Positions 11,366 to 24,200 of a stretch of 63,102 nucleotides of DNA are shown here, one piece after another. The stretch spans positions 811,304 through 874,405 of the forward strand of contig NW_003314264.1 of the NCBI RefSeq assembly GCF_000143415.4, in the 5' to 3' direction. A program made the translations under genes and the position numbers. The notes under the pieces are model-generated. The model saw only the letters and a program-made list of their open reading frames with translations. It searched no databases and had not been told where the DNA came from. Source of the stretch: Selaginella moellendorffii. Its lineage: Eukaryota; Plantae; Lycopodiophyta. The stretch's first letter is position 1; each line of letters begins with the position of its first letter.

Positions 11366-14300
11366 ATGGCAAGGGCAGGGCGTAAGCGAACCCAGGCGGA
11401 GACAGAACCTCCGCCAGAGCTGGAGCCTCCGGTCGAACAAGAGGCTATGGATGAGGAATCCTTGCATGAGGAGGACTCTAGTGAGGAAACTTCCAAACAG
11501 GAGTCCGGTGGCGAGGTTCGGTCGTCCAAGGCTCGATTGGACGTTCTAGAAGGTCAATTGGCGCAGACCAATGCCCTGCTGGAGACTCTCGTACGCAAGC
11601 TAAAGCGTGACGAGAAAGGGAAGAAAAGGCGAAAGACTGCGGATGCTGGCAGCGCAGAAGGTGCGGACCCTTCGGCAGGGACTGAGGCAAAACCAGACAA
11701 GGTCGAACAGACCGAAGTGGAATCAGTCCCTCAGGCAGTTCCCAAGTACAAACCAAAGCCCCCACCGGTGTTCAAGGGAGCGAACGACTATAAGGTTGTG
11801 GAGGATTGGTTTTACGATATGGAGGACTACTTCCGAGCGTTACGGTTACCGAGCTCGGAGAAGGTCCCATGTGCAAAACCATACTTGGCAGATAATGCCA
11901 AGTCTTGGTGGAGAACAACGGAGGCCAACGAAGGACCGGTGGCCACCTGGGACATGATGAAGGCGAGGATCCGCGCGACATACGTTCCTCCGAATGCCAC
12001 TCTGCATCTGAGAGATGAGCTGAGTAGGCTGAAGCAGACTGGAACCATCCAGGAATATGTGAATGGGTTCATGGCAAAGAGGATACTTGTCACGGACATG
12101 GGGGATATGGATGCGTTCCATGCCTTTATATCAGGTTTGCAAACCTGGGCTCGCGGTGAGGTGATGCGCTGGAACCCGACCAACTACAAGGAAGCGTTGG
12201 ATGCGGCCATCAAGGTGCATTTCAACGATAACCTGCGAAAGGGGAACACGACGGGGTCGGGATCCACGTTTCACAAAGGGGCCAAACCGAGGGGAACATA
12301 TAGCAGGGGGAAATTCAAGAAGAGTTTCTCTAAGAATGAGTCCTCGGGATTTCGGAAAGGCAAATCCGGTGGCCAGCGAGCAAGTACGTGGGGGAGTCAA
12401 GCGAAAAGAGACAAACCCACAGATAAGAAGGTCAAGTCATATAGCAGCGTGGGAAACAACGTATGCTATAACTGCGGTGAAGCGGGACACTTTTCGAGGG
12501 AATGTCCCTACCCGAAGAAGGCCAGAGCCAATATGGCCATCAAGTCGGGCGAAGTCCAAAATGAGGTATGTGATTCAGTCCCTAACTCAAAGTTACTCAT
12601 TACACGAGCAACTTTGGTAGAGAGTTGTTCGCGACATCTACTAGCCCTCCGAGGGAAGCTCGGAGGTAGCTTTGTTAAGATCCTTATTGACACGGGTGCT
12701 TCGGATAATTTTGTGGCTGCAGACATAGTCCGGCAAGCCGGACTAACGGTGCAACGGCTAGGCGAACCAAGGACTATAGAGTTTGTTCAAGGTAGCCAAA
12801 GCACCGATGAGGTACTTCGACAAGCGAAAGTCGAAGTAGGGACATGGAAGGTAGACATGGATTTCACCGTGTTGGACATGGCGGGATTTGACGTGATCTT
12901 CGGAATGGATTGGTTCAATCGGTTCGTGGTAGCCCTACATGGACAAGGTAGGAACCTTGTGGTACTGGCGAATGCCCAAGGAAGAAGATCTAGGGTGGAA
13001 GCCCAGGATCTAAAGGTAGGGCAAAGCAAGGCCAAAGAATCCTGCTTAAACCTGGTGTCCACGAGAGGACAACTCACTAAAGGAACTAAGGCAGCCTTTT
13101 TGTGCTTACTCTCGGTGAAGAGTGACAAAAAGACAAGAACGGAAGAAGTGCCTTTAGTGATCCAGCGGGTGTTGGACCAATTCCAGGATACCATGCCGGA
13201 GGAGCTACCGGCGGGGCTGCCCCCAGCACGACCGATAGAACATAAGATTGAGCTGGTCGAGGGTGCTGAGGCAGTGATTCGTCCCCCTTATCGTTTGAAC
13301 GAAAAAGAACTCAAGGAGCTCAAGTGCCAACTAGAGGAGTTGGTGGACAAAGGGTATGTTAGGTTGAGCAAGTCGCCGTATGGGGCGCCGGTGTTATTTG
13401 TGAAAAAGAAAGATGGATCTATGCGCATGTGCATAGACTACTGCTTGCTCAACAAGTATACAAAGAAGAACAAGTACCCTTTGCCAAGGATTGAGGACCT
13501 GTTTGATAGGTTGGGAAAGGCAAAATACTTCTCGAGGATTGACCTAAGGTCAGGATACTACCAGATCAGGGTAGCCGAGGAAGATGTCGAGAAGACAACC
13601 TGTCGAACGAGGTATGGGAGCTTTGAGTTTCTGGTGATGCCCTTCGGGCTATGTAATGCGCCGGCAACGTTTTCGGCGCTAATGAACCACGTCTTTGTAC
13701 CCTATCTGGATCACTTCGTGGTCGTCTATATCGACGACATCCTGATCTATAGCGAGACGCTAGAAGAGCATGCCGAACACTTGGCGAAGGTGTTTGAGAA
13801 ACTAAGGGAACACAAGCTGTATGCTAAAGAGAGCAAATGTGACTTTGCTCAACAAGAGGTAAAGTTTCTCGGGCATGTGGTGGGCCAGGACGGGCTCAAG
13901 GTGGACCCGGAGAAGGTCCAAGCGATCCAGGAATGGGAGCGACCATCGAATGTACATGAGTTGAGGGCGTTCCTGGGGCTATGCAACTACTATCGAAAGT
14001 TTATCAGACACTATTCGAGAGTAGCCCTGCCCTTAACGGACCAAACAGGAAAAGGGAAGATGGTATGGACAGCAGAATGCGAGGCGGCATTCATCCACCT
14101 CAAAGGGAAGTTGAGGAAGGCTCCCGTATTGGCATTGCCAGACTTTGGTAAGGACTTTGAGGTAGAAACGGATGCTTCGGACTTTGCGTTGGGCGCAGTT
14201 CTGAAGCAAGACAACCATCCGGTAGCGTTCTTCTCGAAGAAGCTGGACAAGGCTCAACAGAAGTGGCCTGCCCATGAGAAGGAATTGTTTGCGGTGGTCA

Positions 14301-16138
14301 AGGCACTCAAGGAGTGGCGACACTACCTTGGGAGACACTTCAAGGTTTACACGGACAATGTGGCAACGAAACACTTCTTGTCACAGCCCGACCTAAGAGG
14401 GAAACAAGGTCGGTGGGCCAATGCCTTGGCCGAGTTTGATTACGAAATTCTATACAAGCCTGGGAAGAGCAACATCGTGGCGGATGCGCTAAGTCGAAAA
14501 GCGAGCTTGAAGTTGGCAATATCCAGCGCAACAGCAACCTTCTGGGACGATGTGCGGACAGCATATGAGAACGATGGTCTAGCACAAGAAGTGTTGCTGA
14601 GGAATCTAGAGGCGCGGGAAGCTCACCAGAGAGGTGAGCTGCCAACGGAAGAGAAAACGGGCTATGCGGAACGCAACGGACTCATTTATTACAAGCAAAC
14701 GAGGGTGTATGTTCCAGAAGGGGAACTAAGGAAGGTGGCCTTAGAAGAGTGTCATGACGGACCTCTTGCGGGACACGGCGGAGTGCCCAAGACGATGGGC
14801 TTACTCAAGAGGAAGTACCATTGGCCAGATATGGCTAAGGACGTCCAAGACTATGTAAAGACATGTCCAACATGTCAGCAGGTCAAAGCCGTGACTAAGG
14901 CTAGTGGGGGCTTGTTGCAAAGCATCCCAATTCCAGATCGCCCGTGGAAATGTCTTACGATGGACTTCATCACGGGACTACCCCCAAGCGAGGGGTTCGA
15001 TGCGATATTCGTGGTGGTGGACCGATTTTCAAAGATGGCACATTTCATACCCACCACAACGGACGTGGATGCGGAAGGTGTGGCGAAGCTGTTCTTTGAA
15101 CAAGTGGTTCGAGTGCGGGGAAGGCCGGAAGAGATTATCTCAGATCGAGATAAGATCTTCACTAGTAGGTTCTGGAGGACACTCCTAGAACAGTATCGCA
15201 CCAAATTGAAATTCAGCACAGCCTATCACCCACAGACAGGTAATGGGTATTAAGTCAAGATTGATGGCACTAACACTTCTTGACAGACGGACAAACGGAA
15301 AGGGTGAATAGGCAGCTGGAGGATTATTTGCGATGCTATGTCTCGGGAGACCAGACCGACTGGGTAAGTCATTTGGGACTTGCGGAAATGTGTTATAACA
15401 ACTCACCACACTCAAGCATCGGGGTGAGTCCATGGGAAGTCATCAATGGGCGAGCTATTAAAGGTCCTGTGGAACTCGGCGTGGCCGAGTATCATGGAGA
15501 GTTACCCGCAGTGGAGGCATTCATGGCGGAAAGACTCAACATTTGGAATCTAGTGAGGGATTCCTTGGAACGGGCTCAACAAAGGCAAACTAAGTACGCG
15601 AACCAAAAGCGTCGGGATGTGGAGTTCCAAGCTGGGGAGAAGGTGTGGCTGAACACCAAGAACCTCAGACTACCAAGCTGGATCAGCCGAAAGTTGACCC
15701 AAAGGTAAAGACGCATGTATTCCTGTAAATGAATTGATCTTGAGTTCCTTAAGCAGGTTCGCGGGGCCTTATGAAATTGAGGCACGAATCGGTAAAGTGG
15801 CTTACCGACTCCGACTTCCTCGAGAGATGGGGAAGATGCACCCAGTGTTCCACGTGAACTTACTCAAGCCGTACTTTGAGGATCTGCTTCGCAAGGACCA
15901 AGTGAGACCTTTACCTGAGGTTATCCAAGGGGAAGAGGAATACGAAGTCGAGGCCATCCTCAATGCGCGCAAGAGCAAGCGACAAGGACGCGAGGTGAGA
16001 GAGTTCCATGTGAAGTGGAAAGGATTTCCACACTGCGAAGCAACATGGGAACCGGAGGAGAACCTAGCGAACGCTCGAGATCTAGTGGAGGAATTTCTGC
16101 AAGGCAGAACTTTATGTACTTATGCAAAATTCAATTAA
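11366..16138 (+). CDS. Gag-Pol polyprotein, spliced: join(11366-15239, 15287-15704, 15757-16138)
   Basis: Knuckle [14 protein letters not shown], protease LIDTGAS, RT YIDD, RNase H ETDAS, integrase HHCC and D-D-E, GPY/F motif, chromodomain [21 protein letters not shown]. Removing two GT-AG introns restores [14 protein letters not shown] and KLTQRFAGPY. Confidence 0.9.
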
Positions 16139-16541
16139 AAATATCAATTTGCAAAGTTGAGCAAATGGCATATGTTGGGACCCGAAGGCGCGCCAAAGGT
16201 AAGCTAATTAGCATGGGTTGGATAGGTCGACCAGGCGTAGGGCACTACGCCCGACTCCCTGCGGGGATGTCGAATCCGTAGACGTATTCTACGGAGGTTG
16301 GGTTCGAGTCCCAACCCCCTAGTAAAGCAAGGCTGGGTTCAAGTCCCGACCCTATACTAGGGCGTGGTGAGGTGAGGAGTATAGGGACACCTATATTCCG
16401 TTGTCATGGGCTCTTGGCCGGGGAGGCTAACTTAGGCACACCGCTAAGTGGGGGGATGCCCCCGGAGACATGGACAACAAGTCGTAGGATAAAACGAGAC
16501 GTTCGATGTGGGCATCGAACTTCTTCTATGGGTGGTGGAGT

Positions 16542-17689
16542 TGTAAGGAACCGACTCCCCGAGATGTCGTAGGCTAAAGGATCCCCAAAAGCTTGACCGA
16601 AGTGACAAAGAGTTCATCGGATGGGACCAAGTCGAGGATCGAGTCCAAGACCGACTCTAGGACCGAGTTCGAGATAGAGTCCGGAATCGAGTCCGAGACC
16701 GACTCGGGGACCGAGTTCGAGTCCGAGTTCGAGACCGAGTTCGAGACGGAGTCCGAGATCCGAAATCGGGTCCAAGACCGAGTCCGAGGTCGAGTCCGAG
16801 GTCGGGTCCGAGATTGGGTCCGAGATCGAGTCCGTGATCGAGTCCGAACCCGAATCCGAAGTCGGATCCGAAATTGGGTCCGAGATCGAGCCAGAGACTA
16901 AGTCCAAATACTAATACGGGTCAAGGGGTGAAAGCCCAAAGCGTGCGTCTCCCAGGGGGGGGGGGCTGCAGGGGGTTCCAAAAGTATAGTAGGGATAGTG
17001 AGGTCCAGGAACCAGTTTTGAAGGGACTCTCCAGTTGGGCTTCCAAACCGACTTGAGGTTGGGACTGGGACCGAGGGGCCTTGGGTGGGAGTGAGCATGG
17101 ACTTGGCTGGTGCCGGAGGGGCCATCCAAGGAAGTGCTCAAAAGCAGCTCCCACTCCCGAAAGGGAAACCGATTGCGGTGCTCCCGGCTCATGTGGAGTG
17201 GTGCCCCACTTGAGTACCATGCGGCTCATTGGTCCTCGCCCTTCCTAGGGGCTTGGGCCTTCCTTCGGGATGGAAGTGGGGGGCGAGAGGTACCCATACC
17301 GGGCCGCTAGGCCACGGTGTTTCGCCCCAGCGTCCCGAAGCAAGTGTTGCACTCAAGACTTGGGATTTAGAGGGTCCCATGATCAAGTCTTGTGGTACCA
17401 AGGGATGTTAGGAACCTGGAAGCTTGGTGTGCTTGGTTGCTTGTGCTTGCGGGGAGTGTAGCCGAACCTTAAGTCCAGTCTAACCCGGGGAGGGGGATTG
17501 GGAGTGATTTGGGTATCCATGGAAGGATGGCTAACACTCCGTTGCTCGTGCAGTGAGTAGCTGAAACCAAGTAGGAGCTGGTACCATAGGTGAGAACCTT
17601 GGCGAGGGAACTTAGCAAAAGCCAAGGCAGTGTTGGACGGATAGGCGAGGTAAGCTGGCAAAGTGGAAAGGAAAAATTTGTGGCTTACA
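16542..17689 (+). repeat. 3' LTR (1148 bp)
   Basis: Preceded by the G-rich tract atgggtggtggagt and followed by the TSD gtttc. Confidence 0.97.
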
Positions 17690-17699
17690 GTTTCACAAT

Positions 17700-18030
17700 T
17701 GTAAACTCTTGAATTTAGACTATTGGGAAATCACCCATCCCAATACTATTTAAACCCAATAACTCTTAACCCCAAATATCTTAACTAAGGGAGTCATCCT
17801 AATACTATTCAAACATAAAGACTTTTAACCTTAAATATCTCAAGATTTAATTGAGGGGGTGCACTTTTGTTTATGGACTATCTCTCAAACATTTCCTTTT
17901 AGTTGTTTATAATTGCTTTTCTACATGTATACACTCTCATGAACAAAAGTTAAAAGGCATATCTCTGCCTAGAGCCTTGCTCTATTAACACCCTACCCCT
18001 CAAGTCTAGCCCAATAAAGTACTTTTCACT
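17700..18030 (-). mobile_element. Degenerate Cassandra-like TRIM remnant (LTR with a duplicated 5S-like box, plus part of the internal domain)
   Basis: The reverse complement matches 60390-60682 (agtctaaattcaagagtttaca end and the gaggggtagggtgt internal sequence). Confidence 0.75.
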
Positions 18031-18212
18031 AAAATCTATACTATAGTATATGATATAGTTTTAAATTTATTGGAAAAGTTTTAGAATGCCTCAACAAGTC
18101 ATCAAAAATTATAATCATGACATATTGTTATTATAATTATAAATCTAAGATTATTAGGAAAATATAATCTGAAATCAAAATAATTACAAGTCCTTAATTA
18201 GTATTTTTAATA

Positions 18213-21200
18213 TGTGAGGTCCAAGTGTCAACTACGATGCTGTATACTAATATTAGCATAGTGGGATTTTGATAGCTATAAAATTCATTTCAATCCAAAC
18301 CACTCACTCTTGTATATAAATTATAGTTTTGGGCTAATTGATATGCATATTTTCTGTATTCCTTTTCCATATTCTATACACTTATATTGATGGAGGTGAA
18401 GGGCATTGTTGATTATTCTTGAGGAGTGCATAGATTTGGGATTTTGATTTAGATTTAGTTTTTGTATTGTCTTGATTTAGCTTTTCTTGTTTCCTTTCTT
18501 TTGTTCTTTCCTTTCATTTAGATCTAGCATTTGTATTGTCTAAATCTCTCTTTCTTTCTTTTCATTTCTTTGTTTTTGCTTTTTCCTTTTCATTTCATCT
18601 TCATAGCAGAGCAGCAATCTCCTCCTTCTTTGACTCTGGAGTAGTAATTGGTGCAATTGCTCAATGCTATGCAATTGCAGTTGAACAACTAAACTGAATT
18701 GATGGCGGCATTCATGGCATATGATACAGCTCCTCTTGCTCTTGGTGCCAATCCTCTGTGAGACACAAATCCCTAAGCCCCAAAATGGAGCCGAAAGGGT
18801 GTCATGTGGTAGTGGCTAAAGCGAGAGCCAAACAAGTGTAACATGTTTAAACTAAAAGCTCCAATTTGAAAGGTCGAGAGCGGGAATGGAACTCCCAATG
18901 AAGTGCTTGAGGAACAAGCACAAAGCGAGCAATAAGTGAGTCCCTAGAAAAGGGACACAAGAGGACCAACACATGATATGTGGAGGAGTCCGAGATGGAC
19001 CGAGATGGAGTCCGAGATGGACCTGAGATGGAGTCCGAGAGAGATGGACTTGAGATGGAGTCCGAGATGGACCGAGATGGAGTCTGAGATGGTGTCTAAG
19101 ATGGACCCGAGATGGAGTCTGAGATGGAGTTCGAGATGGACCCAAGATGGAGTCTGAGATGGACCTAAGATAGAGTCCGAGATGGACCGAGATGGAGTTC
19201 GAGATGGAGTCTGAGATGGAGTTCGAGAAGGATCTGAGATGGAGTCCAAGGTCGAGATCGAAACCGAGATCAAGACCGAGATTGAGACCGAGGCGAGACC
19301 AGGACCGGGACCGAGACCAAGGCCGAGTTTGAGTCCGAGTCCAAGTCTGAGTCCGAATTTGAGTCCGAGGGTGAAAGCCCAAAGTATTCGTCTCCCAGAC
19401 CCTGGAGGGTTTGGTGAGCTCCAAAAGTATAGTAGGGGGAGGACTCCAGTGGAGCCAATTTGGCTAGGAAAGGCCAGTTTGGCCCAGGAAGGCCGTACCC
19501 AAGTGTTGGGTGATGGAATAACCACTGGGAAGTCCAAGGCTAGAGTGAGTATAGACCGATAAGTGGGTTAGCTTAGTGAAGTGTTCAAGAGCCAGCTCTA
19601 GTTTCCCCGGGAGATCGAATGGTCAATGCTCCCAGTCCAAGTGTGGGTGGCACTACCTACTTGGATACCTGGCATGGCTCAATAGAACCTCACTCTAAGC
19701 CCACGGCTAGAGCACCAAAAGGCAGAAGGTGGGGAGAGTACCCATGAGGCTCGCGTAAGGCCATGGTGTTCCGAAATGTTGTCCTAAAGTCCCAGACTAT
19801 GGAAAGGAAGAGGAGTGGTCCTCTAGTGTAATGATCAATAATACAGTCATGTAGTGAGGAAGTCCTAGAGGACAGTGGGACTTAATGGTTGGGCCTGTGG
19901 GCCTTGTCCCAGTGGCAGTGTTGGCAAACACGGCCATGGATAGAAAAGGGACTTGGTGAGGGCTGTAAAAGGGATATTGGGGAAGGCTATTCCCCATGTC
20001 TGTGGGCATCCTAAGGATGCTAAGGAGTGGACCTAGGATGGTCATTCATGGACGGATGGCCCAGTCTTTGAGAGACGAGACTACGATGCAGGTGGTGTTA
20101 GATCACTAGTGTGACCAAGGTGAATGGGTATGGCCTTAGCGTAATAGGCTAGTATGTTAGTGGTACCTTGGGGTGTCGGTTATGGGATTGGACACATGGA
20201 GCACTTGTACCAAGTGCAATGGTTGAGTGGTATGGATGCCATTCTTGGGGCTAGTAAGTCCCTAAGTCCAGAATAGGACTTACGAAGGTTGTGAGTGAGA
20301 TTCCTCCAAGTGGTTGAAGGTGTGGTTAAGTGACCAAAATAGAATGGAAAATTTAGTCGCTTACATCCTTGCATTCGGCTCAAGTTCTTTCATGGGAATT
20401 CTAGGGATGATATGTACTATTGGTTCCATTCCTTCATAGTGATTGCCATATATCATTCTTAGATGATGCTTGATGTTTGCGTGGGTTTCCCATATGTCTC
20501 CAAGGGACGGCACTACAGTGGTACAATGGTTTGAGCGTAGGCACTTGTGGGGATTAGAGTATTCTCCCGGACATCTTCAAATATGCATTCAAATATATTG
20601 ACAATTGTGATGATGCCTTCCAACAATTGCATCGTCTTCGTCAAGGGCCATCTAAGTCGGTGATGCAATTTGGCATTCATTTCTAAAGCCTCTTGCTTCG
20701 TGTGGAGCCAAATATGTCAGAGCAGATCAAGCTAGGAATATTGTGGCTAGCACTTCGTCAACATCTTGTAGGACTTGTGCATGCACTTGCTCCAGCCACC
20801 CTTGACAATGCCCTTCACTTGGCACAATGTTATGAGATATTGCCTCTTTCACTTCTCGCTGCATGTCTTTCGGCTCCACTTCATGTGGGAGACGGTCCTG
20901 TTCCAATGGAGGTTGATGCTACTACTGCTTGAGTTCAAGGACAAGAGCAAGGACGTGGTTATGGCCATGATGTCTACTATTGGGCGTATGATGAAGTTGG
21001 TCACACTTATTGATGTTGTTGGTGTTGTCAATATTTTGTGGATTGGCAGCCTCCATTTCCTGGGTGGAGACTTTGGCATCAACAATGTCTTATTGGTGCT
21101 GCTGTAGTGGAAAGTCTAAACACTGAGATGCATCCAGGAAATAGAGGGTTCTGCCAAAAGGTACATTCTTGGGATGCTTTATCAACAAATCTAAAGACCC

Positions 21201-24200
21201 ATCCGTACTTGGAATCAACTAACTTCTGGGTACATGGACTCTTTGAAGCACAACGCAAAGAGATGGCAACATATGGGCAACAGGTAGCAATAGAAGATAA
21301 ACTTGAACCTGTATCAACTAACACAGAGAAAATAATAGAAGACCTCTTGTTATAAAAATACGGAAAGTAAACACTAAAGGAACTGGTGATGAATGAACCC
21401 CTTAATGTTACTCCCAAAAGAAATATGGAGGGATCATCGTTCCCCCCTTATTCATTTATTCTTTATGACAACAGTTGTACACATGCATGTGTACAAGATG
21501 AGGTGGACCTAATTGTGCATGTGGGTGATCTCGAGCTTGGGTTGCAGTTATTGTGGGTGGTATCAAATCAAATTTTTGACCTTATCCTTGGTATGAATTG
21601 GTTGCAGTCCAATCATGCCAAGTATGATTTTGAGGCTTCTCCCCCTTGTCTCATACTTTTTTATATTTCATCCATTCCTCTCACTTTTATACCTTTTGTC
21701 CCTTTGCTTCTACCTTTGCTTCCATTACTTTTGTCTCACCATTACTTTCTCCTATGTTTCTATTTTGTTCCGCTCTTCCCTTTTCCAATCCCTCCGACGG
21801 TCTTTATGTTGTAGCGGTTGACCGGCTAATGAAGGAGTATGTTAATCTCTTTGAATTTAACCTATTGTCTGGGGCCAAGATTGCCATACATCATCTGATT
21901 CTAGCTGGGGATGTTTGTTCAATCAAGGTTTCTGTTTGTCATCGATCACCCAAAGAGATCAAGATTTTACGTGCAAATGTCAAGGAGATGTTGGAAAAGG
22001 GTATTATTCAAAAGTTATAAAATCTTTGGGAATGTGAACCTCATATTGTGATGAAGTCTGATGGGAGTATTTATTTTTGCATCGATTATCGTCCATTAAA
22101 TGAAGTGACAATCCTAAATGTGTACCCTCTTCCTCACACTACTGATCTTTTAGATCGTTTTGGGAGAAGTCGTTGGTTCACTAAGTTAAATCTTGCTTCT
22201 GGGTATTGGCAAGTACCAATGGCCGAAGATGATATTCCTAAAACTGCTTTCGTACACTATTTGGTTTGTATGAGTTCTTGATGATGTTGTTTAATTTGAA
22301 CAATGCTTTAGCAACTTTCCATCGGATGATAGACAAAGTTTTTTATGATATGCTAAAGGTGACTACTGACTTCATTATCCACTCGGAGGGGATGTGGGAG
22401 GAATATGTCCATGATGTTCATAAAGTGTTGGATTAGCTTTGGGAAGTTAGTTTAAAGCTGAAGTAGTCGAAGTGCATGTTTAGGTCCAAGGATATAACTT
22501 ATCTTAGGTATCGTATTTCTCGTGAGGGTTTGCAAATTGATCTTAACAAACTTGTATCTGTTCTAAAGTTCCCTACTCTGAAATATATAAATGATGTGCA
22601 ATACTTCCTGGGCAAGGTGCAGTATCTTGGTTGTTTTGTGGATCATCTTTCTGATCACACTACACTATTGCGAGCATTGCTAAAGTCATCAACGTTATCT
22701 TTAATATGGTCTACAGACTATGAGCAGACGTTCAAGGATCTCAAAGAACTTTTGACGACTCCTTCAGTTTTGGCATATCTTGACTATACCCAAGCTTTCA
22801 TTTTGCATATAGATGCTTTTGATCTTGGTCTTGGAAATGTGTTAATGCAAGAGAGCTTGAGTGTGCCTAGTTAACACCATCTTATTGCATATATAAACCA
22901 TACATTACAATTGAGAAACTTTATACATATCTCCATGGTTCTCGGATGTTACTAGAAGGTGATCATGTTGCTATTACTTCATTATTGAAGTGGAAGAACC
23001 TGGTTAGTCATCCTATTTAGTGGGCTTTGAAGCTTCAAATATATGATTTAGATATTATTCATCATCTGAGGTGTTCTATGGCTGATCTTTATTGATGCCC
23101 TTTCTCGAGCTCTTCTTCCTTCTTCACTCTCTTCTTATGTTTTTAATGAGCTTGTTGTTCCAGTATCTATGGATTTTCTAGATGAGGATTCTATGCCGTC
23201 AGCATGTTGTACTTAACGTTCAATGTCCATAAGATGTAGAGCAAGATTTATCTTCTTTTGATGAGGTTCGTGAGGCTCAAAAGATTGAGCCATGGATTCG
23301 AAAGTTTTGAGATAGATTTGAGAATCTTGCATCACTGGCTGATGATTTGCCATTCTAGCATTTACATTCTCAATATCACCTTGAAGACGCCCTTCTTTAT
23401 TTTGTGGGGATAGATTCTAATGATCATTTATGGGTGCCTTCAATCTTTATTCCACGGTTTTTCCATGCCTACCATGATTCTCTTGTTCTAAGCAGGCATA
23501 TGGGACATCATTATATGATCGAGAAGCTATGTAGGTGATTCTATTGGTGGAAGATGCAATGTGATGTTATCTGATATATACATAGTTGCATTTGGTGCTA
23601 AGCTTGTAATTGTGTTTGGTGTTAGGCTCTTAATACTCCCCTTCATACTGTGGAAGAATGGTTAGAGTCAATTGCAATTTCCCGTTTGTTTAAGTTGGTG
23701 GCATTTGATCTTATGGGACTTTTTCTATGATCAATTGTTGGCAATGAATATGTTATTATTGCTTCTAACTACTTAACTCATTGGGTGGAAGTTGATGCTC
23801 TTGTTAGCACCTTTGTAACTGCTGTTGGATATTTTCTCTTCAATCAAGTGGTATTCTAGCATTCTTGTCTAGAGCAGATTCTTTCGGATAATGCTCCCGC
23901 ATTTATGGCTAAGGCATATCATGTTTTGACATTTCGGTTGGGGATATGCCACACTTTCATAAGTACTTATCATCCATAGTCAGACGGTTTGGTGAAATGG
24001 CTCATTTAGACATTCAAAAGGATAATCGTAAAGTACATGAATTTTCAATATTTGGATTAGGATGGTTATTTGCCATCTTTTCAGTATACATATGTCATAA
24101 GAGTGCAGAGTTTTGTTGGTACTTCACCATATAAATTTCTATATAGTCATGATCCAATATTACTGACGGAGTTGGGTTTACCTTTGCAATTGCCACGAGC

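Larger units (their letters stand above)
10156..17689 (+). mobile_element. Full-length young chromovirus (Ty3/gypsy, Galadriel-like) LTR retrotransposon
   Basis: TG..CA LTRs at 10156-11306 and 16542-17689 differ at about 15 positions by eye. TSD GTTTC at 10151-10155 and 17690-17694. tRNA-Met PBS present. Gag-PR-RT-RH-INT-chromodomain order. RT motif [20 protein letters not shown]. Confidence 0.97.
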
